The notes under the pieces were generated by a model. That model made no database searches. It was not told the origin of the DNA and saw only the letters and a list, made by a program, of their open reading frames with translations. This document shows positions 8,345 through 19,653 of a stretch of 45,553 nt of DNA, piece after piece (position 1 is the stretch's first letter; each line of letters begins with the position of its first letter). Source of the DNA: an uncultured Halochromatium sp. (GTDB lineage Bacteria > Pseudomonadota > Gammaproteobacteria > Chromatiales > Chromatiaceae); NCBI GenBank assembly GCA_964617675.1, contig CAZTYV010000002.1, positions 1 through 45,553 on the forward strand. Reading direction: 5' to 3'. Made by a program: the position numbers and the translations under genes.

Positions 8345-8480
8345 CCCAGTGCGTGTGGACGGGACGGTTGCCAGCCGTTAAGCGCAGTTCGGCGATCCTG
8401 GCGTCCCTACCCTAACTGGCTGAGCAGGTAGATGACCATGAGCGCGGCGATCATCAGGTCGGTGAGCATCGCGACCCATT
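8345..8480. repeat. Direct repeat B', copy 2, including a decayed Fic 5' end
   Basis: CCCAGTGCGTGTGGACGGGACGGTTGCCA resembles the Fic start region CCCAGTGCGTGTCGATGGCGGTTGCCA, but the ATG is lost. Confidence 0.9.
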
Positions 8481-8883
8481 CGTTGCTGGTGGCCGGCTTC
8501 TTGATGGCGTGGTAGATGCCGGCCAGGCCCATGTAGAGGCCGCCGGCGAGCGCGCCGCCGAGACGCAGCTCCGGCATCCAGAGCGAGAGGATGCCGAGCA
8601 ACCCCATGCTGAGCGTGGCAAAGCCGAGCTCGCGCACGAAGTGGTGACTCTCGGGACTGTCCAGCCCGAAGATCTTCTGCACCGTGTACCCAGGAGTCCG
8701 GATCTGCATCACACCGGCCAGCGCCAAGCGGATGCCGAGCCCCCAGAACACGAACCACTTGCCCATCAGGGCAATCAGGCTGCCGGCCTCGGCGAAGAAG
8801 GCCGCATCGATCCCGATCGAGATCAACGGCAGGATCAGCATCAGGGCCAGGATGATGATCAGATAGCTTGATGGCCGTTTCAT
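8407..8883 (-). CDS. Small multi-TM membrane protein (DUF6790-like)
   Basis: About five hydrophobic segments and a WFVFWGLGIRLALAG motif; lies 3 bp after nudB. Confidence 0.75.
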   Translation of the reverse strand: MKRPSSYLIIILALMLILPLISIGIDAAFFAEAGSLIALMGKWFVFWGLGIRLALAGVMQIRTPGYTVQKIFGLDSPESHHFVRELGFATLSMGLLGILSLWMPELRLGGALAGGLYMGLAGIYHAIKKPATSNEWVAMLTDLMIAALMVIYLLSQLG

Positions 8884-8886
8884 AAG

Positions 8887-9363
8887 CTAGCCTCCACTGA
8901 ATTGAAAAGCCTCGCGCTGGCAGAGCATCGCCAGCAGCCGCATCGCCTCACGATTGGTCCAAGAGCCGGCGAGCTCCAGTGCCTTCTCGAGTGGCAGCCA
9001 GAGCGCCTCAGTATGTTCCGCGGGGTTGAGGCGAATGTGGCGTCGGTAAGGAAGCCGCAGCGCAAACCAGTGCTCGCGATTGAAGCAGACGCCCTGCGCG
9101 TAGCGTGCGCGCCAAGGCGGGATGATCGGGAACAGGCGTGACTGGCGCAGGTCGATCAGGCCCGAGGCGCCAAGCAGGCCGGTCTCCTCCTTGAGCTCGC
9201 GCAGCGCGGCGAGGCGCGGCGACTCGCCCGGCATCAGGCTGCCCGTGACCGACTGCCAGAAACCGCTCGGCTTGAGGCGGTTGAGCAGCATGAACTCACC
9301 GGCGGCGTTGAAGACCACCACGAGCACCGACACCGGACGCTTGAAGGTCTCTTTAACGCTCAT
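8887..9363 (-). CDS. nudB: Dihydroneopterin triphosphate diphosphatase (Nudix)
   Basis: KRPVSVLVV, FWQSVTGS, Nudix box RELKEETG, SWTNREA; directly downstream of aspS. Confidence 0.93.
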   Translation of the reverse strand: MSVKETFKRPVSVLVVVFNAAGEFMLLNRLKPSGFWQSVTGSLMPGESPRLAALRELKEETGLLGASGLIDLRQSRLFPIIPPWRARYAQGVCFNREHWFALRLPYRRHIRLNPAEHTEALWLPLEKALELAGSWTNREAMRLLAMLCQREAFQFSGG

Positions 9364-9435
9364 CGCCGGTTGCCTCGCAGCCGGCCGCGCGGCGCGCGGG
9401 CCTGGCTGACAGCCAAGGTGACAGGGGCCTGCGCC

Positions 9436-9462
9436 GGCTCAGGCTCAGGCTCAGGCTCAGGC
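9436..9462. repeat. (GGCTCA)x4 containing the aspS stop codon
   Basis: On the minus strand this reads TGAGCC repeats, i.e. four in-frame TGA codons. Confidence 0.9.
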
Positions 9463-11235
9463 ACGCAGTTTGATCCGCAGCGCCAGCTCCTTGAGCTGCG
9501 CCTCATCCACCGTCGAGGGTGCATCGGTCAGCAGACAGGAGGCGGTCTGCGTCTTCGGGAAGGCCATCACGTCGCGGATCGAATGGCTGCCGGTCATCAG
9601 CATCACCAGCCGATCGAGCCCGAAGGCGATGCCGCCATGTGGCGGACAGCCATACTTGAGCGCATTGAGCAGGAAACCGAAGCGCTCGTTGGCGTCCTCA
9701 TCGCTGATCTTCAGCAGCCGGAAGATGCGCCGCTGCACGTCCTCGCGGTGGATACGGATGGAGCCGCCACCGAGCTCGGTGCCATTGAGCACCAGGTCAT
9801 AGGCGCGCGACAGACAGGCGCCCGGATCGGCCTCGAGGCTCTCAAGTTGGTCCTCCTTGGGCGCCGTGAACGGATGATGCAGCGCCGTCCAGCGCCCGGT
9901 GTGCGGCTCCTTCTCGAACATCGGGAAGTCGACCACCCAGAGCGGTCGCCAGTCGCCTTCGAGCAGGCCGCGGTCGTGGCCGAGCTTGACCCGCAGCGCG
10001 CCGAGCGCCTCGTTGACCACCGTCGCCTTGTCGGCGCCAAAGAAGATCAGATCGCCGTCTTCAGCGCCGGTGCGGCTCATGATGCCGTCGACGGCGCTAT
10101 CCGGCAGAAACTTCAGGATCGGTGACTGCAGCCCTTCCCGGCCCTTGCCGGCCCAGTCGTTGACCTTGATATAGGCCAGCCCCTTGGCGCCGTAGATGCC
10201 GACGAACTGGGTGTAGTCGTCGATCTCCTTGCGCGACAGCTCGCCGCCCTTGGGCAGACGCAGCGCGGCGACCCGGCCTTCGGGGTCGGCCGCCGGTGCA
10301 GCAAAGACCTTGAACTCGACCTCGCCCATCAGGTCGGCGACATCGATCAGCTCCAGCGGCACGCGCAGGTCGGGCCGATCGGAGCCGAAGCGGCGCATGG
10401 CCTCGGCGTAGGTCATACGGGGGAAGGGATCGGGTAGATCGACCTCAAGGACGCCCTTAAACAACTCGCGCACCATCTGCTCCATCAGCCCGGTCAGCGC
10501 GGCCTCATCCATGAATGAGGTCTCGATATCGAGCTGGGTGAACTCAGGCTGGCGATCGGCGCGCAGGTCCTCATCGCGGAAGCAGCGCGCGATCTGATAG
10601 TAGCGATCCATCCCGGACATCATCAGCAGCTGCTTGAACAGCTGCGGCGACTGCGGCAGCGCGTAGAACTCGCCCGGATGCACCCGGCTCGGAACCAGAT
10701 AGTCGCGTGCGCCCTCGGGGGTCGACTTGGTCAGGATCGGCGTCTCGATATCGAGGAAGCCCTGTGCATCAAGGAAGGTACGCAGGGTCTGGGTGATGCG
10801 GCTACGCAGACGCAGGCGCTGCTGCATCTCGGGGCGGCGCAGGTCGATATAGCGGTAGCGCAGCCGCAGTTCCTCGGAGGCCTCAGCGCCGTGCTCGTCG
10901 AGCTGGAACGGCGGTGTCTCGGCGGCGTTCAGCACCTGCAGCGAGAGCCCGAGCACCTCGACCTCACCCGTCGGGAGCTCAAGGTTCTCGGTACCCTCGG
11001 GCCGGCGCCGCACGCGGCCGGTGACGGCGAGCACGAACTCGCTGCGCACCTGCTCGGCGAGCGCAAAGATCTCCGCACGGTCGGGGTCGAAGACCACCTG
11101 AACCAGTCCGTTGCGATCGCGCAGATCGATGAAGATGACGCCGCCGTGGTCGCGGCGGCGATGCACCCAGCCGCAGAGACTGACCTCGCGGTCGATCAGC
11201 TCGCTGTTGAGATCACCGCAATAATGACTGCGCAT
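9457..11235 (-). CDS. aspS: Aspartate--tRNA ligase
   Basis: [48 protein letters not shown]. Confidence 0.99.
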   Translation of the reverse strand: MRSHYCGDLNSELIDREVSLCGWVHRRRDHGGVIFIDLRDRNGLVQVVFDPDRAEIFALAEQVRSEFVLAVTGRVRRRPEGTENLELPTGEVEVLGLSLQVLNAAETPPFQLDEHGAEASEELRLRYRYIDLRRPEMQQRLRLRSRITQTLRTFLDAQGFLDIETPILTKSTPEGARDYLVPSRVHPGEFYALPQSPQLFKQLLMMSGMDRYYQIARCFRDEDLRADRQPEFTQLDIETSFMDEAALTGLMEQMVRELFKGVLEVDLPDPFPRMTYAEAMRRFGSDRPDLRVPLELIDVADLMGEVEFKVFAAPAADPEGRVAALRLPKGGELSRKEIDDYTQFVGIYGAKGLAYIKVNDWAGKGREGLQSPILKFLPDSAVDGIMSRTGAEDGDLIFFGADKATVVNEALGALRVKLGHDRGLLEGDWRPLWVVDFPMFEKEPHTGRWTALHHPFTAPKEDQLESLEADPGACLSRAYDLVLNGTELGGGSIRIHREDVQRRIFRLLKISDEDANERFGFLLNALKYGCPPHGGIAFGLDRLVMLMTGSHSIRDVMAFPKTQTASCLLTDAPSTVDEAQLKELALRIKLRA

Positions 11236-11390
11236 GCCGTTCCGTCCCCGTTGACTTGCGGCCGGTGAGGCGATACCCCGCCGACCATGAGCAGACGACC
11301 AAAGGCGTCTGAAAAAAGCCGATCACGATAGCGCTCGCAGCAGCGATCTGCAAGATCGCCGCCGGCGGCTACCCGAAGGTGGAAGGCTGA

Positions 11391-11759
11391 TCAGCTCGCG
11401 GCCGCTGCCTTGGGCGCGGGCTTGGTTGCCGGCGTGGTGCTCTTCGGCTCAGGCTTTGTGCTGGTCTCGGTCTTTGCCGTCTTCTCGGCAGCCGGTTTAT
11501 CTTTTGCGGTCTCAGTCTTGGCACCGGCATCCTTCGAGGTCTCGCCCTCACCGTGAAGGTTCTTGCGCTTGTCGCCCTCCTTCTTGAAATCCGTCTCGTA
11601 CCAACCGGCACCTTTCAGCCGGAACGCCGCAGCCGTGATCTGTTTCTCGAGCGCCGCGGCCCCGCAGGCGGGACAGTCCTTTAAAGGCGCATCACTGATC
11701 TTTTGCAGCGCCTCCAGCTCGTGGCCGCACTCTGCACAACGATACGCGTAGATAGGCAT
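11391..11759 (-). CDS. FmdB-family zinc-ribbon protein
   Basis: MPIYAYRCAECG...CPACG...FRLKGAGWYETDF; ATG at 11759; usual neighbour of aspS. Confidence 0.92.
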   Translation of the reverse strand: MPIYAYRCAECGHELEALQKISDAPLKDCPACGAAALEKQITAAAFRLKGAGWYETDFKKEGDKRKNLHGEGETSKDAGAKTETAKDKPAAEKTAKTETSTKPEPKSTTPATKPAPKAAAAS

Positions 11760-11820
11760 GGTCTCACTCACCAAGCAAGGGTTGCATAACCGTCGGATTA
11801 TGAGGTTTTGCCGCTGGTTT

Positions 11821-12381
11821 TCAAAGACCTTCCGGTGTCTCGAGGAGGGCTGCGCGCAGATGCCGAAACAATCGCCGAGGTGCATCGGCACGCCCGCGCT
11901 CGGTGTCGCGTTGGGCCGCGCGCACCAGGCTGCGCAGCTGTTGGCGGTCGACCCGCGGATAGGCCTCGATCAGCTCGCCCAGGGCCTCATCCCCCTCTTC
12001 GATCAGGCGCTGGCGCCAGCGCTCGAGCTCGTGCTGCCGCGCGCTCGCGGCGCGCGCCTGGGCCTCGCGCTGCGCCAGTAGCGCCTGCAGGGGCTCGGTG
12101 TTCTCGCGCGCCAGACAGTTGGCGATGCGCTTGAAATGCCGGCGCAGTGCCCGCTGGTCCTTGATACGCGCGGTCTCGTTGATCGCGATCCAGGTCGCCT
12201 CACCGAACGACAGCCCCTCGAGCGTCGCGCGCGGGAGCGCAACGAGCTGCTCCGCAAGGGCCTGCAGTGCGAGATGCTCGCGCTTGACCTGGCTGCGACT
12301 CGGTCGCGTATCGAGCAGGGCCGCGTCCGAATCGGCGTCGTGCTTGGGGTCCGCGAGCGCGTCCTGGTGGGGTGGGTTCAT
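11821..12381 (-). CDS. yjgA: Ribosome biogenesis factor YjgA (DUF615)
   Basis: PSRSQVKRE, LERWRQRLI, DRQQLRSLVRAA; ATG at 12381. Confidence 0.9.
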   Translation of the reverse strand: MNPPHQDALADPKHDADSDAALLDTRPSRSQVKREHLALQALAEQLVALPRATLEGLSFGEATWIAINETARIKDQRALRRHFKRIANCLARENTEPLQALLAQREAQARAASARQHELERWRQRLIEEGDEALGELIEAYPRVDRQQLRSLVRAAQRDTERGRADAPRRLFRHLRAALLETPEGL

Positions 12382-12428
12382 CGTTCGGCTCCGCAAAGAA
12401 GGCAAGGCTCAGACTCGGCGCTCAGGGG

Positions 12429-15400
12429 TCAGGGGTCAGGGTCAGGGGTGAAGTCCTCGGAGGAGCCATCCCCGGGGTTGGATTGTGCCAGCAATGCGCC
12501 CTGAGAGCCGGGCTGAGAGCCGCCCTGCAATCGGGCCTGCAATGCGACGAGCATCGCCCGAGCGGACTTAAAGTCGAACCGACGTACCGTCTGCGCCAGT
12601 GACTCGAGCGAGGCTCGCAGCTCCGGATCGCGGACGCCCTGCAGAAGCGACTCGGCCTCTTGACGCGCCCGCAGGTTCTGCGCCGCCAAGAGGCCGTCGA
12701 GCCGGGCCAAGGCCAGCTTCAAGGCCGCGGCATCGAGCGGCTGCGAAGAGGCGTGCCCCGCGCTCGCGTCGACTTCGACCCGGTTGGAAGCGGCCGCGGT
12801 CTCGGCGGCGCCTACAAGACGCGCGATCGATTGTAACGCCGTTGTCATCGCCGCTGAGAGCGCCGGCAACCGCGTACGCGCCTCTTCCAGGTCCGAGCCC
12901 TCTAAGAGCGCACGCTCCAGGGCTTTCGCGGCCGCCCCGACCTCCGACACACCCAGGGTCATGGCAACACCGGCCAAGGCGTGGGCCGCGGCCTGGGCGC
13001 GCGCCGGCTCGCCGGCCTCGAGCCGCGCCTCGATCTCGGCGGGGTGCTGGGCGAAGCGCTCGGCGAAACGTCGCAACCGATCGACGTGTTCGTTGGGGTC
13101 CTCGACAACGGCCTCGAGGCCCGGACCGACGGGGGCCGTCGAGGTCTCCGGCAACGGCGTTGCCGAGGTCTCGACCGCGTCCTCATTCACCGATGCCTTG
13201 GCGTCACGCAGCTCGGGCGCTTGCCCCCGCAAGCGCGGCAGGCGTTGCAGGGCCTGGATCAGCTGCTGTTGCTCGATCGGCTTGGCGAGATGACACAGGA
13301 AGCCGCGCGCGAGACAGCGTTCGCGGTCGGCCTGAGTCGCATGTGCCGTCATCGCGATCATCGACAGCGCGCCCCCCTGCGGCAGGGCTTGGACGCGGCG
13401 CGCCGTCTCATAGCCGTCCATGCCGGGCATCTGCAGGTCGAGCAAGACGGCATCAAAGGCACCACAGCCGCGCTCGCCTAGGAGCGCCAAGGCCTCGGCG
13501 CCGGAGTCCACCACAACCGGCATCGCACCCGCGCGCCGGAGGACCGCGGCCGCGACCTCATGGTTCAGGGGCTGGTCGTCGACCACGAGCACCCGCAAGC
13601 CGGCGAGTGGCTCCCTCGTCTCGGCCGCCGCTGGTGGCGGCAACGGACAATCATCGGCCGCGGCGGCATCGAATTCGAGCTCGAACGCAAAGCGGCTGCC
13701 GACCCCAAGCGTGCTCTCCAACGTGATCTCCCCGCCCATCTGGCGCACCAGCCGCTGGCAGATCGCAAGTCCCAGACCGGTGCCACCGAAGCGCCGGGTG
13801 ATCGAGGCATCGGCCTGGGTAAAGGGCTGGAACAAGCGCTCGCGCTGGTCCTCGCCAATCCCGATCCCGGTATCGGTCACGGCCACCAGAACCCGCACCC
13901 GGTTTCCCGCACTCGGTGCACAGCACAGCTCGAGCTTGACCTCGCCCGCCTCGGTGAACTTGATCGCATTGTTGAGGAGATTGACCAACACCTGGCGCAG
14001 TCGTGTCTCATCACCCAACACCCAGCAACCGGCGCTCCCCTGGCGCTCGATCGAGAGTCGCAGCCCCTTGGCCGTGGCGCTGAGTGCGACCAGATCGCGC
14101 GTGTCCTCGATGAGCGAGTCGACGCTGAAGGCCGTGCACTCGAGGTCTAGGCGTCCGACCTCGATCTTAGAGAAATCCAATAGATCGCCGATCAGATGCA
14201 TGAGCGCACGTGCCGCGCGCTCGGCCTTGCGGACGTAGTCGCGCTGGTCCGGGCTCAGCTGATCTCGATCGAGCAGCTGGACGAAGCCGACAATGGCGTT
14301 CATCGGCGTGCGGATCTCATGGCTCATATTGGCCAGGAACTCGGATTTCGCGCGGTTGGCGGCATCGGCCTTTTGCTCCGCCCGGCGCCGCACCTCGGCC
14401 TCGACGCGCAGCTGTTGGTTCGAGGTCTGCAGCTCGCGCAAGCCCGCTTGGACGCGCGATTCGAGCGCGTCATTGGCATGCTCCAGCGCGCCCGAATAGG
14501 ACAACTGCCGCGCTCGGCGCTGCTCTTCGCGCAGGTAGAAGCGATCCGTGATCGCGAACGCCAGGATCACCGCATCCCAGGCCGAGCCGATCTGTGTCGC
14601 CCAGGTGGTGATAAAGCTTGTCGGCAGTAGCCCGAAGGCGTTGAGTGCGTAGATCACCATGAAACCAAGCAAGACCGCCCAGCCGAGGGAGTAGTAGCGC
14701 GCCGGACGGTAGCCCCGCAGACCGATCTTCAGGCCGGCAACGATGAAGAGCACCACGGTGAAGACGAGCGCCACCGCGAACTTGATCGCGATGCCGTAAG
14801 GGCCGAACAGCGCCAGCACCATGCCCGCTAAGGCCAGCCAGCGCAGCACCCCGAGGATACGGTGGACGAGGGGCGCGTTGCGCGCGGTATCTAGGATTGA
14901 GCGGGTGAACTGAACACCCGCGAGATAGGCCGCCGAGAGGAAGAACGGCACGCTGACGTTTGCCCACCAGGGGTTATTGGGCCAGAAAAACTGAAAGGCG
15001 ATGCCGTTGAGCGAGAGCTGAAAGGCGAGGTAGAGACTGATGAACAGGGCGTAATAGGCGGCGTTGACATCGCGTAGGCGCCAGAAGTGATAGAGGTTGT
15101 AGATCACCAGCATCAGCAGGGCGCCGTAGTACAGCGACAGCAGGCTGTACTCGGTCGCGATTCGCTCGAGCGCGGCGTTGCGCGACAAGAGCTCGATCGG
15201 CAGCGTCAAGGAGCCGACGGTCTCGACCCTCAGATAGAGCGTCTGCGGTGCGCCGGGCTCGAGGCGCAGCGGAAAGAGAAAGGTGCGGGCGATCACGGGC
15301 CGCTCCGCGAACGGGACCCGATCACCGGTCTCGTAGCGCTGGGGCGCATCCGGCGCATCCGGCGCATCGGGCCCATTGGGCGCATCGAGGTACAGGACCA

Positions 15401-15809
15401 CGGAGTCGATCAGTGGATACCGCAGCTCGAGATAGTAGGTTGCCGGCTCCTCGAGCCGACTCTCGACGCGCAGCCGCAGCCAATGGACGTGGCGATCAAA
15501 GCCGAGGTTCGGCGTCGAGTCGGTTGGCGGCGCAAAGGCCGTGCCCCAGGGCTCACTGCGGATATCGTCGATCGTCAGCGTCCCATGAGGATCGGGCAGT
15601 AGCTGCAAGTAGCCGTTGACGCTGTAGACACCGCCGCCGCTCAGGATCAGCGACGATGCACCCGTCGAGCCCAAGCCCGACCCCGACCCCGACCCCGGGC
15701 CGGTATCAGCATCGGCAGTGGGCTCAGCGGCAGCGAGCAAGCCGGAGCATCCGACGAGCAGGACCCAGGTTAGGCCCCAGGTTGCAAGGCATCGGTAGGG
15801 CTGAATCAT
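12429..15809 (-). CDS. Hybrid sensor histidine kinase: 7TM-DISM, HisKA/HATPase, REC, HPt
   Basis: DISM-type ectodomain and 7 TMs, [39 protein letters not shown], HPt AHALAGVA. Confidence 0.95.
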   Translation of the reverse strand: MIQPYRCLATWGLTWVLLVGCSGLLAAAEPTADADTGPGSGSGSGLGSTGASSLILSGGGVYSVNGYLQLLPDPHGTLTIDDIRSEPWGTAFAPPTDSTPNLGFDRHVHWLRLRVESRLEEPATYYLELRYPLIDSVVLYLDAPNGPDAPDAPDAPQRYETGDRVPFAERPVIARTFLFPLRLEPGAPQTLYLRVETVGSLTLPIELLSRNAALERIATEYSLLSLYYGALLMLVIYNLYHFWRLRDVNAAYYALFISLYLAFQLSLNGIAFQFFWPNNPWWANVSVPFFLSAAYLAGVQFTRSILDTARNAPLVHRILGVLRWLALAGMVLALFGPYGIAIKFAVALVFTVVLFIVAGLKIGLRGYRPARYYSLGWAVLLGFMVIYALNAFGLLPTSFITTWATQIGSAWDAVILAFAITDRFYLREEQRRARQLSYSGALEHANDALESRVQAGLRELQTSNQQLRVEAEVRRRAEQKADAANRAKSEFLANMSHEIRTPMNAIVGFVQLLDRDQLSPDQRDYVRKAERAARALMHLIGDLLDFSKIEVGRLDLECTAFSVDSLIEDTRDLVALSATAKGLRLSIERQGSAGCWVLGDETRLRQVLVNLLNNAIKFTEAGEVKLELCCAPSAGNRVRVLVAVTDTGIGIGEDQRERLFQPFTQADASITRRFGGTGLGLAICQRLVRQMGGEITLESTLGVGSRFAFELEFDAAAADDCPLPPPAAAETREPLAGLRVLVVDDQPLNHEVAAAVLRRAGAMPVVVDSGAEALALLGERGCGAFDAVLLDLQMPGMDGYETARRVQALPQGGALSMIAMTAHATQADRERCLARGFLCHLAKPIEQQQLIQALQRLPRLRGQAPELRDAKASVNEDAVETSATPLPETSTAPVGPGLEAVVEDPNEHVDRLRRFAERFAQHPAEIEARLEAGEPARAQAAAHALAGVAMTLGVSEVGAAAKALERALLEGSDLEEARTRLPALSAAMTTALQSIARLVGAAETAAASNRVEVDASAGHASSQPLDAAALKLALARLDGLLAAQNLRARQEAESLLQGVRDPELRASLESLAQTVRRFDFKSARAMLVALQARLQGGSQPGSQGALLAQSNPGDGSSEDFTPDPDP

Positions 15810-15842
15810 CGGTGAGCTCCCTCTCTTCGGTTTTCCCCTCGT

Positions 15843-15861
15843 CTTAAGGCCGCCTTAAGGC
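15843..15861. promoter_or_regulatory. Candidate transcription-factor site upstream of the hybrid kinase
   Basis: CTTAAGGC-C-GCCTTAAG is a perfect inverted repeat; CTTAAGGC also recurs as a direct repeat at 11-bp period. Confidence 0.4.
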
Positions 15862-15924
15862 ACCCAAGCCCAGCGTGCGCCCAACGTGAGACCCGGCGCG
15901 GATCAGGCCCGGCTCAGGCGCACA

Positions 15925-16884
15925 TCAGGCGCGCATCGCGCAGGGCTCCCATCGGCGCAGCCAGAGCTGACTCCGGCCGCCCGCGCTGGCCTCTTCCAGC
16001 GCCTGGCTGGCGGCCAAGGCCAGCTCCTGAGCGCGCACCCGCTCGCCCGCGTCGAGCAGCGCGAAATCGGCGCTGACGCCGCCGACGCTCGCGGTCAGCC
16101 GCTGCTTGGAGCCGCCCACGCGCGTCTCGATGGTGGCGACCGCATCCATCAACACACCGGCATGCTGCGACGCGGCATCGGCATCGGCTTGCGGGAGCAG
16201 CACGGCGAACTGGGGTCCGCCGTAATGGGCGCAGAGATCGAGCGGTCCCTCGGTGACGGTCGCGAGCACCTCGCCCACACGCTCGATCTGGCGCTGCGAG
16301 GCAAGCAACCCCTGCGCTTTGCTTAGCGCCGCAAAGGCGTCGATGCCCACCAACAAGACCGACAGCGGCTGGCGCTCGAGCTCGGCGCGTCGGGTCTCAC
16401 GCTCGAGCAATTGATCGAAGGTCGAGCGACCCGGCATGCCCGCCGGGCCATCCAGATACGCGAGCTCGCGCAGGCGGTCACGACTGGCCTTGAGCTGAAG
16501 GTGGGTATTGACGCGGGCGCGCACGGTGAGGCGCTTGATGGGCTTGGTGATGTAGTCGACACCGCCGACGGCGAAGCCCCTGGCCTCGTCTTCGGTGTCG
16601 GTCTTCGCGGTCACGAAGATGACCGGTATCTCAGCCAGCTGGGGCTCAAGCTTGAGCAACCGACAGATCTCGTAGCCGTCGACGTCCGGCATCATAATAT
16701 CGAGCAGGATCAGGTCGATGCGGTGATTCAACGCGATCTCGATCGCCTCTTCGCCGGAGATGGCGAAGAAGATCTCGCAGTCGGCGCCGAGTGCCGCTGC
16801 CAGCACCTCGATGTTCTCGGGAACATCGTCGACGATCAACAGGTGCGGACGCGGCTGGGCTCTGGACTCCTCGATTGCCACCAT
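15925..16884 (-). CDS. Response regulator (REC) fused to a degenerate GGDEF domain
   Basis: REC is intact (VDD, LLDIMMP, VTA, KP). The GGDEF motif reads HYGGPQF, and DGPAGMPGR replaces DxLTGLxNR. Confidence 0.9.
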   Translation of the reverse strand: MVAIEESRAQPRPHLLIVDDVPENIEVLAAALGADCEIFFAISGEEAIEIALNHRIDLILLDIMMPDVDGYEICRLLKLEPQLAEIPVIFVTAKTDTEDEARGFAVGGVDYITKPIKRLTVRARVNTHLQLKASRDRLRELAYLDGPAGMPGRSTFDQLLERETRRAELERQPLSVLLVGIDAFAALSKAQGLLASQRQIERVGEVLATVTEGPLDLCAHYGGPQFAVLLPQADADAASQHAGVLMDAVATIETRVGGSKQRLTASVGGVSADFALLDAGERVRAQELALAASQALEEASAGGRSQLWLRRWEPCAMRA

Positions 16885-16938
16885 CGCGTGCTGTCCTCCT
16901 GTGCTCTGCCCCCGAGCCGGCCGGGCGCAAAGATCGGA

Positions 16939-17391
16939 TCAAGGGAACTGCTCGAGCCTTCGCATGGCCTGATCGTAACGCTCGCGTAGGCTGTCACGCA
17001 GCCTCTTCTCTTTGGCGCCCGCGCAGCCGCCGAGCGCCTGCAGGCGCTCGAGAAAGTCCGCGGACATCCGTGCCTGCGCGTCACGATAATAACCCTCCGG
17101 GAACAGATCGTCTTGCGCGTCGAGCACGGTCATCCGGAAACTGCTGGCCAAGACCTTGTTGAGGTTCTCGGTTCGGCGACCTGAGCGGTCCTGCCGACAA
17201 CGGTTGTTGTAGAGATCGAGCTCGAAGGCGGCCTCGACGGCATCGACGATGAGCTGCTCGGTCGCGGCGTCGAGCGCCCCTTGCGCCCGGGCCTCGCTCG
17301 GCATCATCAGCAGCGAATAGACCAGACCCAGCGACATGGCCAGCGCGGCGGCGAGCCAGGCGATCCTGAACGATGGCAGCGGCATGCGCAC
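16939..17391 (-). CDS. Hypothetical exported protein
   Basis: Signal-like N-terminus and two Cys; abuts the SDR stop codon. Confidence 0.7.
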   Translation of the reverse strand: MRMPLPSFRIAWLAAALAMSLGLVYSLLMMPSEARAQGALDAATEQLIVDAVEAAFELDLYNNRCRQDRSGRRTENLNKVLASSFRMTVLDAQDDLFPEGYYRDAQARMSADFLERLQALGGCAGAKEKRLRDSLRERYDQAMRRLEQFP

Positions 17392-18105
17392 CTAGCTCCG
17401 GCCGTAGACGGGGATGGCCGCGCCGGTGACGCAGCGCGCCGCGTCCGAGGCGAGAAACAGGATCACGTCGGCCAATGCGGCCGGCGGCACCCAGCGCGCG
17501 TGGTCTTGATCGGGCATCGCGGCGCGATTCTCGGGCGTATCCACGGTGCCAGGGAGGATCGCATTCACGCGAATCCCCTGCTCTTTGTGCTCTTGCGCGA
17601 GCGATTCGGTCAAGGCAACCACCCCGGCCTTAGCGGCACAATAGGGCCCCATGCGCCCCTTGGGGCTCAGCGCGGCGCGCGCCGAAACGTTGACGATACT
17701 CCCTCGCCCGTGCTCGAGCATCACCGGCACGACCGCGCGGCAGCAGTTGAAGACGCTGCGGAGGTTGAGATCGAGCATCTGATCCCAGATCGCATCAGTG
17801 GTCTCGTGCAGCGCCGGCCCCATGGTGAAACCACCGGCCACGTTGGCCAGCAGGTCGATGCGCCCAAAGCGTGAATGGGTCGCCGCCACACTGCGCTCGA
17901 CGTCGGCTGGATTGAGTAGATCGGTCGGAAACAGCTCGATCTCGGTGGCGTCAGGCAGCTGCGCCCTGGCCTTAACCAGCGCCTCCGAGCTGATATCCAG
18001 CATCGCCAGCCGCGCGCCTTGCTTCGCCAGCGCCTCGCACAGCGCCCGCCCGAGATTGCCCGCCGCGCCGGTCACCAGCGCGACCTGATCAGTCATTTGT
18101 GCCAT
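17392..18105 (-). CDS. SDR-family oxidoreductase
   Basis: TGAAGNLG, NVAGG, YCAAK, VNAILPG; ATG at 18105. Confidence 0.93.
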   Translation of the reverse strand: MAQMTDQVALVTGAAGNLGRALCEALAKQGARLAMLDISSEALVKARAQLPDATEIELFPTDLLNPADVERSVAATHSRFGRIDLLANVAGGFTMGPALHETTDAIWDQMLDLNLRSVFNCCRAVVPVMLEHGRGSIVNVSARAALSPKGRMGPYCAAKAGVVALTESLAQEHKEQGIRVNAILPGTVDTPENRAAMPDQDHARWVPPAALADVILFLASDAARCVTGAAIPVYGRS

Positions 18106-18392
18106 AGGCTCGCTCCCGAGACATCGCCTGCTCAATGGATGTGACCAAGCGCACAGGGAACCGATCAGGGCGTGCGCTCCGGCCTTGGCGACCTCATGCC
18201 GCTCTCGCAAAACGTAAGGCCGAAGGGTCCAGCTGTAAACGTTGGCGTCCGCGGCCAGGGAGCGGACGCGAGCGAGCGGCGCATCGCATGCCCATGCGAC
18301 CCCCCGAGGTTACCTGTATCATGGAGCGCTGGATCACGTCATCGTTACAAAGGCCTGGCCTTGCCGCGCACACCACTAGCAGCTGGCATCTG

Positions 18393-19604
18393 ATGCAATG
18401 GCTTTTCTTACTGTTACCGGTCGCAGCGGCCTCTGGCTGGCTGCTCGCTTGGCGCTCTGGCTCGCGCCGGCGGGCCGATGCCAGCTGTGGCAGCACCGAC
18501 CCGGTGTTCTTCCGCGGGCTCAATTATCTGCTCAACGAACAGCCGGATAAGGCGATCGACGTGTTCTTGAAGCTCGCTGAGGTCGACGGCGAGACCGCCG
18601 AGACCCACCTCGCGCTCGGCGCGCTGTTTCGGCGTCGCGGCGAGGTCGACCGGGCGATCCGCATCCACCAGAACCTGGTCGCTCGCGAGACCCTGAGCAA
18701 CGCCCAGCGAGGCTATGCCCTCTACGAGCTGGGGCGAGACTACATGCTCGCGGGACTCTTCGATCGCGCGGAGAGCCTGTTCCAGGAGCTGGTCGAGCAG
18801 GGACTGCAGGATCGGCGAGCCCTGCGCAGCCTGATCGAGATCTACCAAGCCGAGAAGGACTGGCAGCGCTGCCTGGAGACCGCCGACGAGCTGCGGCGCC
18901 GATCCGGCGACCCCATGCAGACCGAGATCGCGCATTATCATTGCGAGCTTGCCGAGGAGTACCTGCGCCACGGACGTCGCGACGACGCGCGCGCCCAGCT
19001 CCTCGACGCTCAGGCCATCGACCCAAGCTGCATTCGTGCCACCATGATCCAGGCACAGATGGAGATGGAAGGCGGCGACGCCACCTCCGCGCTGACCCTG
19101 TATCGACACCTCGCCCGCCGCGGCCCCGAGTATCTGCCGGCCATGCTGCCGGAGCTGCTGCGCTGCTGTGAGCGGCTCGGCCGCGATGGGGTCGCCAAGG
19201 AGCTCGGCGATCTGTTCGCCGCTCATCCCTCGCCGCCCCTGATGCTTGAGCTTTCGCGGGCCATCGAGCGCGAGTACGGCGTCGAGCCGGCGCTGTACTT
19301 CCTCCAGAGCTACCTCGAGACCCATGCAGACCTGGTCGCGGCCGAGCGACTGGTGGAGCTACGCCTGGCGCAGGCAGCGCCGATGGCCGCGGCCGGCGAT
19401 GCGCAGCTGCTCGGGGTGATCAGACACCTGGTGGCGGCGCAGCCGAGTTATCGCTGCGACCAGTGTGGATTCGAGGCGCGTGCCCTGCACTGGCAGTGCC
19501 CAAGCTGCAAGGGCTGGGGGAGCATCAAGGCGGTCGAGCCGCCCTCGCTACCCCAGTCCGGGGCCGGCACTGCTCGCGCGAGCGCAACCACGGTGACGCG
19601 CTAG
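18393..19604 (+). CDS. lapB: Lipopolysaccharide assembly protein B (YciM)
   Basis: N-terminal [17 protein letters not shown], TPRs, rubredoxin CDQCG...CPSC; upstream of pyrF; ATG at 18393. Confidence 0.95.
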   Translation: MQWLFLLLPVAAASGWLLAWRSGSRRRADASCGSTDPVFFRGLNYLLNEQPDKAIDVFLKLAEVDGETAETHLALGALFRRRGEVDRAIRIHQNLVARETLSNAQRGYALYELGRDYMLAGLFDRAESLFQELVEQGLQDRRALRSLIEIYQAEKDWQRCLETADELRRRSGDPMQTEIAHYHCELAEEYLRHGRRDDARAQLLDAQAIDPSCIRATMIQAQMEMEGGDATSALTLYRHLARRGPEYLPAMLPELLRCCERLGRDGVAKELGDLFAAHPSPPLMLELSRAIEREYGVEPALYFLQSYLETHADLVAAERLVELRLAQAAPMAAAGDAQLLGVIRHLVAAQPSYRCDQCGFEARALHWQCPSCKGWGSIKAVEPPSLPQSGAGTARASATTVTR

Positions 19605-19653
19605 CCCTGCGTCAACCCATTCAGTCCAGAGACCGACCGAAAACAGCCCCCTC

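Noticed and set aside
3189-8400. Prophage, ICE or IS as the cause of the accessory region
   Set aside because: No integrase, transposase, terminal inverted repeats or phage genes were recognised.
18106-18392. lapA or a remnant upstream of lapB; long lapB N-terminal extension
   Set aside because: No LapA-like two-TM ORF is visible. The region looks like a divergent promoter, and LapB starts naturally at 18393.
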